From the NCBI GenBank assembly GCA_043228905.1, contig JBHGNT010000008.1, positions 124,001-188,000 on the forward strand: a stretch of DNA of 64,000 nt, given 5' to 3'. The notes beneath the pieces are model-generated. The model was given only the letters and a program-made list of their open reading frames with translations, did not search any database and was not told where the DNA came from. Shown one piece after another: positions 26,001 to 36,459 of the stretch. The stretch comes from Azolla caroliniana. Lineage: Eukaryota; Plantae; Polypodiophyta. Made by a program: the position numbers and the translations under genes. How positions within the stretch are numbered: position 1 is the stretch's first letter; each line of letters opens with the position of its first letter.

Positions 26001-28983
26001 GAGACATAGAAAAATAACCAAATTTGAGGAGGGAGTTGAGAAGAGCCCGAGAGTAAATTAAAATGTTCATACCTGGCCCATGTGATATCGGATTTTAGTG
26101 TTCAAACATGCGAATCGAAGCTAACAACGGTAGCTATGCTATCGAATTAAAAAATCAAGATTTTAAAACTCAGGTCGAGAGACATGAAGAAATTACCAAA
26201 TTAAAGGAGGGAGTTGAGAAGAGCCCGAGAGTAAATTAAAATGTTCATACCTGGCCCATGTGATATCGGATTTTTGTGTTCAAACATGCGAATCGAAGCG
26301 AATAATGCTACCTATGATATGGAATTAAAAAATCAAGCTTTTGAAACTCAGGTCTCGAGACATGAAGAAATTACCAAATTTGAGGAGGGAGTTGAGAAGA
26401 GCCCGAGAGTAAATTAAAATGTTCATACCTGTCCCATGTGATATCGGATTTTAGTGTTCAAACATTTGAATCGAAGCTTACAATGTTAGCTATGATATGG
26501 AAGTAAAAAATAACATAAAGAAATAACCAAATTTGAGGGGGGAGTTGAGAAGAGCCCGAGAGTAAATTAAAATGTTCATACCTGGCCCATGTGATATCGG
26601 ATTTTAGTGTTCAAACATGCGAATCGAAGCTAACAACGGTAGCAATGATATCGAATTAAAAAATCAATATTTTGAAACTCAGGTCGAGAGACATGTAGAA
26701 ATTACCCAATTTGAGGAGGTAGTTGAGAAGAGCCCGAGAGTAAATTAAAATGTTCATACCTGGCCCATGTGATATCGGATTTTAGTGTTCAAACATACGA
26801 ATCGAAGCTAACAAGGCTAGCTGTGATATGGAATGAAAACATCAAGATTTTGAAACTCAGGTCGAGAGACATGAAGAAATGACCAAATTAGAGCAGGGAG
26901 TAGAGAAGAGCCCGAGAGTAAATTAAAATGTTTAGACCTGGCCCATGTGATATCGGATTTTAGTGTTTAAACATGCGAATCGAAACTAGCAAAGCTACCT
27001 ATGATATGGAATTAAAAAATCAAGCTTTGGAAACTCACGTCGAGAGACATGAAGAAATTACCAAATTTGAGGAGGGAGTTGAGACGAGCCCGAGAGTAAA
27101 TTAAAATGTTCATACCTGGCCCATGTGATATCGGCTTTTAGTGTTAAAATATGCGAATCGAAGCTAACAATGCAAGTTATGTTATGGAATTAAAAAATGA
27201 AGATTTTGAAAGTTAGGTCGAGAGACGTGAAGAAATTCCCAAATTAGAGGAAGGAGTAGAGAAGAGCACGAGAGTAAATTAAAATGTTCATACCTGTCCC
27301 ATGTGATATCGGATTTTAGTGTTTAAACATGCGACTCGAAGCTACCAAAGCTACCTATGACATGGAATTAAAAAATCAAGATTTTCAAACTCAGGTTGAG
27401 AGATATTAAGAAATTACCAAATTTGACGAGGGAGTTGAGAAGAGCGCGTGAGTAAATGAAAATGTTCATACCTGGCCCATGTGAGATAGGATTTTACTGT
27501 TCAAAGATGCGAATCGAAGCTAACAATGCTAGCTATGATATGGAAGAAATTACCAAATTAGAGGAGGGAGTAGAGAAGAGGCCGAGAGTAAATTGAAATG
27601 TTCATACCTGGCCCATGTGATATTGCATCTTAGTGTTCAAACATGCGAATCGAAGCTAACAATGCTAGCTATGATATGGCATTAAAAAATCAAGATTTTG
27701 AAATTCAGGTCGAGAGAAATGAAGACATTCCCAAATTTGAGGAGGGAGTATAGAAGAGCTCGAGAGTAAATTAAAATGTTCATACCTGGCCCATGTGATA
27801 TCGGATTTTAGTGTTCAAACATACGAATCGAAGCTAACAAGGCTAGCTATGATATCGAATTAAAAAATCAAGCTCTTGAAACTCACGTCGAGAGACATGA
27901 AGAAATTACCAAATGAGAGGAGGGAGTTGAGAAGAGCCCCAGAGTAAATTAAAATGTTCATACCTGACACATATGATATCGGATTTTAGTGTTCAAATAT
28001 GCGAATCGAAGCTAACAACGCTAGCTATGACATGGAATGAAAAAATCAAGCTTTTGAAACTCAGGTCGAGAGACATGAAGAAATTCCCAAATTAGAGGAG
28101 GGAGTAGATAAGAGCCCGAGAGTAAATTAAAATGTTTAGACCTAGCCCATGTGATATCGGATTTTAGTGTTTAAACATGCGAATCGAAGCTAGCAAAGCT
28201 AGCTATGATATGGAATTAAAAAATCAAGATTTTCAAACTCAGGTCGAGAGATATTAAGAAATTACCAAGTTAGAGGAGCCCGAGAGTAAATTAAAATGTT
28301 CATACCTGGCCCAAGTGATATAGGATTTTAGTGTTCAAACATGCGAATCGAAGCTAACAATGCTAGCTATGATATGGAATTAAAAATTCAAGATTTTGAA
28401 ACTTAGGAGGGAGTAGATAAGAGGCCGAGAGTAAATTAAAATGTTTAGACCTGGCCTGTGTGAGATCGGATTTTAGTGTTTAAATATGCGAATCGAAGCT
28501 AACAATGCGAGCTATATTATGGAATTAAAAAATCAAGATTTTGAAACTCAGGTCGAGAGAAATGAAGAAATTACCAAATTAGAGGAGGGAGTAGAGAAGA
28601 GGCCGAGAGTAAATTAAAATGTTCATACCTAGCCCATGTGATATCGGATTTTAGTGTTCAAATATGAGAATCGAAGCTAACAATGCGAGCTATGTTATGG
28701 AATTCGAAAATCAAGATTTTGAAACTCAGGTCGAGAGACATGAAGAAATTCCCGAGTCAGAGGAGGGAGTAGAGAAGAGCCCGAGAGTAAATTAAAATGT
28801 TTAGACTTGGCCAATGTGATATCGGATTTTAGCGTTTAAACATTGGAATCGAAGCTAACAATGCAAGCTATGATATGGAATTAAAAAATCAAGATTTTGA
28901 AACTCAGGTTGAGAGACATGAAGAAATTACCCAATTTGAGGAGGTAGTTGAGAAGAGCCCGAGAGTAAATTAAAATGTTCATA

Positions 28984-29008
28984 CCCTAAACCCTAAACCC
29001 TAAACCCT
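28984..29008 (-). repeat. Interstitial plant-type telomeric tract (CCCTAAA)3+CCCT at the array inversion junction
   Basis: Sequence reads ttcata-CCCTAAA CCCTAAA CCCTAAA CCCT-gagtttcaaaat. TTTAGGG is the Arabidopsis-type telomere repeat and is absent from the monomer consensus. Confidence 0.93.
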
Positions 29009-32000
29009 GAGTTTCAAAATCTTGATTTTTTAATTCCATATCATAGCTTGCATTGTTAGCTTCAATTCCAATGTTTAAACACTAAAATCCGATATCACAT
29101 TGGCCAAGTCTAAACATTTTAATTTACTCTCGGGCTCTTCTCTACTCCCTCCTCTGACTCGGGAATTTCTTCATATCTCTCGACCTGAGTTTCAAAATCT
29201 TGATTTTCGAATTCCATAACATAGCTCGCATTGTTAGCTTCGATTCTCGGCCTTTAACACTAAAATCCGATATCACATGGGCTAGGTATGAACATTTTAA
29301 TTTACTCTCGGCCTCTTCTCTACTCCCTCCTCTAATTTGGTAATTGTTTCATGTCTCTCGACCTGAGTTTCAAAAGCTTGATTTTTTCATTCCATATCAT
29401 AGGTAACCTTGTTAGCTTCGATTCGTATGTTTGAACACTAAAATCCGATATCACATGGGCCAGGTATGAACATTTTAATTTACTCTCGGGCTCTTCTCAA
29501 CTACCTCCTCAAATTGGGTAATTTCTACATGTCTCTCGACCTGAGTTTCAAAATCTTGATTTTTTAATTCCATAATATAGCTCGCATTGTTAGCTTCGAT
29601 TCGCATATTTGAACACTAAAATCCGATATAACATGGGCCAGGTATGAACATTTTAATTTACTCTCGGGCTCTTCTCAACTCCCTCCTCAAATTTGGTTAT
29701 TTCATTATGTCTCTCAACGTGAGTTTCAAAATCCTTATTTTTTACTTCCATTCAAATATTTGAACACTAAAATCCGATATCACATGGGACAGGTATGAAC
29801 ATTTTAATTTACCCTCGGGCTGTTCTCAACTCCCTCCTCAAATTTGGTAATTTCTTCATGTCTCGAGACCTGAGTTTCAAAAGCTTGATTTTTTAATTCC
29901 ATATCATAGCTATCGTTGTTAGCTTCCATTTGCATGTTTGAACACTAAAATCCGATATCACATGGGCCAGGTATGAACATTTTAATTTACTCTCGGGCTC
30001 TTCTCAACTCCCTCCTCAAATTTGGTTATTTCATTATGTCTCTCAACATGAGTTTCAAAATCCTTATTTTTTACTTCCATATCATAGCTAACATTGTAAG
30101 CTTCGATTCAAATGTTTGAACACTAAAATCCGATATCACATGGGACAGGTATGAACATTTTAATTTACTCTCGGGCTCTTCTCAACTCCCTCCTCAAATT
30201 TGGTAATTTCTTCATGTCTCTCGACCTGAGTTTCAAAAGCTTGATTTTTTAATTCCATATCATAGGTAGCATTGTTCTCTTCGATTCGCATGTTTGAACA
30301 CAAAAATCCGATATCACATGGGCCAGGTATGAACATTTTAATTTACTCTCGGGCTCTTCTCAACTCCCTCCTTTAATTTGGTAATTTCTTCATGTCTCTC
30401 GACCTGAGTTTTAAAATCTTGATTTTTTAATTCGATAGCATAGCTACCGTTGTTAGCTTCGATTCGCATGTTTGAACACTAAAATCCGATATCACATGGG
30501 CCAGGTATGAACATTTTAATTTACTCTCGGGCTCTTCTCAACTCCCTCCTCAAATTTGGTTATTTTTCTATGTCTCTCAACGTGAGTTTCAAAATCCTTA
30601 TTTTTTACTTCCATATCATAGCTAACATTGTAAGCTTCGATTCAAATGTTTGAACACTAAAACCGATATGACATGGGACAGGTATGAACATTTTAATTTA
30701 CTCTCGGGCTCTTCTCAACTCCCTCCTCAAATTTGGTAATTTCTTCATGTCTCTAGACCTGAGTTTCAAAAGCTTGATTTTTTAATTCCATATCATAGGT
30801 AGCATTGTTAGCCTCGATTCGCATATTTGAACACTAAAATCCGATATCACATGGGCCAGGTCTAAACATTTTAATTTACTCTCGGGCTCTTCTCTACTCC
30901 CTGCTCTAATTTGGTAATTTCTTCATGTCTCTGCACCTGAGTTTCAAAAGCTTGATTTTTTCATTCCATGTCATAGGTAGCTTTGCTAGCTTCGATTCGC
31001 ATATTTGAACGCTAAAATCCGATATCAGATGGGCCAGGTATGAACATTTTAATTTACTCACGCGCTATTCTCAACTCCCTCCTCTAATTTGGTAATTTGT
31101 TCATGTCTCTCGACCTGATTTTCAGAAGCTTGATTTTTTAATTTCATATCAAAGGTACCTTTGTTAGCTTCGATTCACATATTTGAACACTAAAATCCGA
31201 TATCACATGGGCCAGGTATGAACATTTTAATTTACTCTCGGGCTCGTCTCAACTCCCTCCTCTAATTTGGTAATTTCTTCATGTCTCTCGACCTGAGTTT
31301 CAAAACCTTGACTTTTTAATTCCATATCATAGCTAGCCTTGTTAGCTTTGATTCGTATGTTTGAACACTCAAATCCGATATCACATGGGCCAGCTATGAA
31401 CATTTTAATTTACTCTCGGGCTCTTCTCAATCCCTCCTCTAATTTGGTAACTTCTTCATGTCTCTCGACCTGAGTTTCAAAATTTTGATTTTTTAATACC
31501 ATATCATAGCTAGCATTGTTAGCTTTGATTCGCCTGTTTGAACACTAAAATCCGATATTCAATGGGCCCGTTATGAACATTTTAATTTACTCTCGGCCTC
31601 TTCTCTACTCCCTCCTCTAATTTGGTAATTTCTTCATGTCTTTCGACATGAGTTTCAAAAGATTGATTTTTTAATTCCATATCATAGGTAGCATTGTTAG
31701 CTTCAATTCGCATGTTTGAACACTAAAATCCTATATCAGATGGGCCAGGTATGAACATTTTAATTTACTCATGCGCTCTTCTCAACTCCCTCCTCAAATT
31801 TGGTAATTTTTTCATATCTCTTGACCTGAGTTTCAAAATCATGATTCTTTAATTCCATATTATAGCTAGCATTGTTAGCTTCAATTCGCATCTTTGAACA
31901 CTAAAATCCTATATCACATGGGCCAGGTTTGAACATTTTAATTTACTCAAATTTGGTAATTTCTTCATGTCTCTCGACCTGAGTTTCAAAATCTTGATTT

Positions 32001-34544
32001 TTTAATTCCATATCATACCTAGCATTGTTAGCTTCGATTCGCATGTTTGAACACTCAAATCCGATATCACATGGGCCAGGTATGAACATTTTAATTTACT
32101 CTCGGCCTCTTCTCAATCCCTCCTCTAATTTGGTAATTTCTACATGTCTCTCGACCCGAGTTTGAAAATCTTGATTTTTTAATTCCATATCATAGCTAGC
32201 ATTGTTAGCTTCGATTCGCCTATTTGAACACTAAAATCCAATATCCAATGGGCCAGTTATGAACATTTTAATTTACTCTCGGCCTCTTCACTACTCCCTC
32301 CTCTAATTTGGTAATTTCTTCATGTCTTTCGACATGAGTTTCCAAAGATTGATTTTTTATTTCCATATCATAGCTAGCATTGTTAGCTTCAATTCGCATG
32401 TTTGAACACTAAAATCCTATATCACATGGGCCAGCTATGAACATTTTAATTTACTCATGCGCTCTTCTCAACTCCCTCCTCAAATTTGGAAATTTGTTCA
32501 TATCTCTCGACCTGAGTATTAAAATCTTGATTTTTTAATTCCATATGATAGCTAGCTTTGTTAGCTTCGATTCGCATGTTTACACACTACAATCTGATAT
32601 CACATGGGCCAAGTCTAAACATTTTAATTTACTCTCGGGCTCTTATCTACTCCCTCCTAAGTTTCAAAATCTCGGGCTCATCTCAACTCCCTCCTCAAAT
32701 TTGGTTATTTCTTCATGTCTCTCAACGTGAGTTTCAAAATCCTTATTTCTTCATGGCTCTCGACCTGAGTTTCAAAAGCTTCATTTTTTCATTCCATATC
32801 ATAGCTAGCCTTGTTAGCTTCGATTCGTATGTTTGAACACTAAAATCCGATATCACATGGGCCAGGTATGAACATTTTAATTTACTCTCGGGCTCTTCTC
32901 AACTACCTCCTCAAATTGGGTAATTTCTTCATGTCTCTCAACCTGAGTTTCAAAATCTTGATTTTTTAATTCCATATCATAGCTTGCATTGTTAGCTTCG
33001 ATTCCAATGTTTAAACACTAAAATCCGATATCACATTGGCCAAGTCTAAACATTTTAATTTACTCTTGGGCGCTTCTCTACTCCGTCCTCTAACTCGGGA
33101 ATTTCTTCATGTGTCTCGACCTGAGTTTCAAAATCTTGATTTTCGAATTCCATAACATAGCTCGCATTGTTAGCTTCGATTCTCTTATTTGAACACTAAA
33201 ATCCGATATCACATAGGCCAGGTATGAACATTTTAATTTACTCTCGGCCTCTTCTCTACTCCCTCCTCTAATTTGGTAATTTTTTCATGTCTCTCGACTT
33301 GAGTGTCAAAACCTTGATTTTTTAATTCCATATCATAGCTAGCCTTGTTAGCTTCGATTCGTATGTTTGAACACTAAAATCCGATATCACATGGGCCAGG
33401 TATGAACATTTTAATTTACTGTCGGGCTCTTCTATACTCCCTCAAATTTGGGAATGTCTTCATGTCTCTCGACCTGAGTTTCAAAATCTTCATTTTTTAA
33501 TTCCATATCATAGATAGCTTTGTTAGCTTCAGTTCGCATATTTGAACACTAAAATCCGATATCACATGGGCCAGGTATGAACATTTTAATTTACTCACGC
33601 GCTCTTCTCAACTCCCTGCTCTAATATGGTAATTTCTTCATGTCTATCGACCTGATTTTCAGAAGCTTGATTTTTTAATTCCATATCATAGGTACCTTTG
33701 TTAGCTTCGATTCGCATATTTGAACACTAAAATCCGATATCACATGGGCCAGGTATGAACATTTTAATTTACTCTCGGGCTCTTCTCAACTCCCTCCTCA
33801 AATTTGGTAATTTCTTCATATCTCTCGACCTGAGTTTCAAAATCATGATTGTTTAATTCCATATTATAGCTAGCATTGTTAGCTTCAATTCGCATGTTTG
33901 AACACTAAAATCCTATATCACATGGGCCAGGTCTGAACATTTTAATTTACTCACGCGCTCTTCTCAACTCCCTACTCAAATTTGGTAATTTCTTCATGTC
34001 TCTCGACCTGAGTTTGAAAATCTTTATTTTTTCATTCCATATCATACCTAGCATTGTTAGCTTCGATTCGCATGTTTGAACACTCAAATCCGATATCACA
34101 TGGGCCAGGTATGAACATTTTAATTTACTCTCGGCCTCTTCTCAATCCCTCCTCTAATTTGGTAATTTCTTCATGTCTCTCCACCTGAGTTTCAAAATCT
34201 TGATTTTTTAATTCAATATTATAGCTAGCATTGTTAGCTTCGATTCGCCTGTTTGAACACTAAAATCCAATATCCAATGGGCCAGTTATGAACATTTTAA
34301 TTTACTCTCGGCCTCTTCTCTACTCCCTCCTCTAATTTGGTAATTTCTTGATGTCTTTCGACATGAGTTTCCAAAGATTGATTTCTTAATTCCATATCAT
34401 AGGTAGCATTGTTAGCTTCGATTCGCATGTTTGAACACTAAAATCCTATATCACATGGGCCAGCTATGAACATTTTAATTTACTGATGCGCTCTTCTCAA
34501 CTCCCTCCTCAAATTTGGAAATTTGTTCATATCTCTCGACCTGC

Positions 34545-34559
34545 GTTTAGGGTTTAGGG
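34545..34559 (+). repeat. Interstitial telomeric tract G(TTTAGGG)2 inside the array
   Basis: Sequence reads cgacctgc-G TTTAGGG TTTAGGG-aaatttgctcatg. The paralogous monomer context at ~32490-32520 and ~45805-45840 lacks it. Confidence 0.82.
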
Positions 34560-36459
34560 AAATTTGCTCATGCCTCTCAACGTGAGCTTCAAAATCCTTA
34601 TTTTTTACTTTCATATGATAGCTAACATTGTAAGCTTCGATTCAAATGTTTGAACACGAAAATCCGATATCACCTGGGACAGGTATGAACATTTTAATTT
34701 ACTCTCGGGCTCTTCTCAACTCCCTCCTCAAATTTGGTAATTTCTACATGTCTCTCGACCTGAGTTTCAAAATCTTGATGTTTTCATTCCATATCATAGC
34801 TAGCCTTGTTAGCTTCGATTCGTATGTTTGAACACTAAAATCCGATATCACATGGGCCAGGTATGAACATTTTAATTTACTCTCGGCCTCTTCTCAACTA
34901 CCTCCTCAAATTGGGTAATTTTTTCATGTCTCTCGACCTGAGTTTCAAAATCTTGATTTTTCAATTCCATATCATAGCTTGCGTTGTTAGCTTCGATTCC
35001 AATATTTAAACACTAAAATCTGATATTACATTGGCCAAGTCTAAACATTTTAATTTACTCTCGGGCTCTACTCTACTCCCTCCTCTAATTCGGGAATTTC
35101 TTCATGTCTCTCGATCTGAGTTCCAAAATCTCGATTTTCGAATTCCATAACATAGCTCGCATTGTTAGCTTCGATTTGCATATTTGAACACTAAAAGCCG
35201 ATATCACATGGGCCAGGTATGAACATTTTAATTTACTCTCGGCCTCTTCTCTACTCCCTCCTCTAATTTGGTAATTTCTTCATGTCTCTCGACCTGAGTT
35301 TCAGGAGCTTGATTTTCTAATTCCATATCATAGCTAGCATTGTTAGCTTCGATTCGTAAGTTTGAACACTCAAATCCGATATCACATGGGCCAGGAATGA
35401 ACATTTTAATTTACTCTCGGGCTCTTCTCAACTACCTCCTCAAATTGGGTAATTTCTTCATGTCTCTCGACCTGAGTTTCAGAAGCTTGATTTTCTAATT
35501 CCATATCATAGCTAGCCTTGTTAGCTTCGATTCGTATGTTTGAACACTCAAATCTGATATCACATGGGCCAGGTATGAACATTTTAATTTACTCTCGGGC
35601 TCTTCTCAACTCCCTCCTCTAATTTGGTAATTTCTTCATGACTCTCGACCTAAGTTTTAAAATCTTGAATTTTTAATTCCATATTATAGCTAGCATTGTT
35701 AGCTTCGATTCGCATGTTTGAACACTAAAATCCTATATTACTTGGGCCAGATATGAACATTTTAATTTACTCACACGCTTTTCTCAACTCTATCCTTAAA
35801 TTTGGTAATTTCTTAATATCTCTCGACCTGAGTTTGAAAATCTTGATTTTTTAATTCCATATCATAGCTAGCAAACAATAAAGTTTAAACATGTTTCGAT
35901 TCGCATGTTTAAACACTAAAGTCCGATATCACATGTGCTAGGTCTAAACATTTTAATTTACTCTCGGGGTCTTCTCTACTCCCTCCTCTAATTTGGGAAT
36001 TTCTTCATGTCTCTGGACCTGAGTTTCAAAACCTTTATTTTTTAATTCGATATCATAGCTAGCCTTGTTAGCTTCGATTCGTATGTTTGAACACTAAAAT
36101 CCGATATCACATGGGCCAGGTATGAACATTTTAATTTACTCTCGGCCTCTTCTCAACTCCCTCCTCAAATTGGGTAATTTCTTCATGTCTCTCGACCTGA
36201 GTTTGAAATTTTGATTTTTTATTCCATATCATAGGTAGCTTTGTTAGCTTCCATTCGCATGTTTAAACACTCAAATCCGATTTCACATTGGCCAAGTCTA
36301 AACATTTTAATTTACTCTCGGGCTCTTCTCTACTCCCTGCTCTAATTCGGGAATTTCTTCATGTCTCTCGACCTGAGTTTCAAAATCTTGATTTTTTAAT
36401 TCCATATCATAGGTAGCTTGGTTAGCTTTAATTCGCATGGCTGAACAATAAAATCCGAT

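Larger units (their letters stand above)
1..28985 (+). repeat. Tandem satellite array, ~178-bp monomer, ~163 copies, purine-rich strand on +
   Basis: By-eye consensus CTATGATATGGAATTAAAAAATCAAGCTTTTGAAACTCAGGTCGAGAGACATGAAGAAATTACCAAATTTGAGGAGGGAGTTGAGAAGAGCCCGAGAGTAAATTAAAATGTTCATACCTGGCCCATGTGATATCGGATTTTAGTGTTCAAACATGCGAATCGAAGCTAACAATGCTAG (178 nt) recurs head to tail. Near-identical pseudo-ORFs recur at 356-bp spacing (1379/1735, 3854/4210, 7054/7410). Confidence 0.98.

Noticed and set aside
28984-29008. Telo-box promoter element or classic head-to-head telomere fusion
   Set aside because: There is no gene nearby, and the tract has a single orientation, lacking the TTTAGGG-then-CCCTAAA arrangement of a fusion between two telomeres.
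28560-29350. Fold-back read chimera or assembly artefact as the cause of the inversion
   Set aside because: The arms differ by SNPs, a templated patch and large block rearrangements, and the spacer is telomeric rather than adapter sequence. Read-level confirmation is still needed.
28984-34559. DNA transposon with telomere-like terminal inverted repeats
   Set aside because: The interior is pure satellite with no transposase, and the flanks (TTCATA / AAATTTG) show no target-site duplication.
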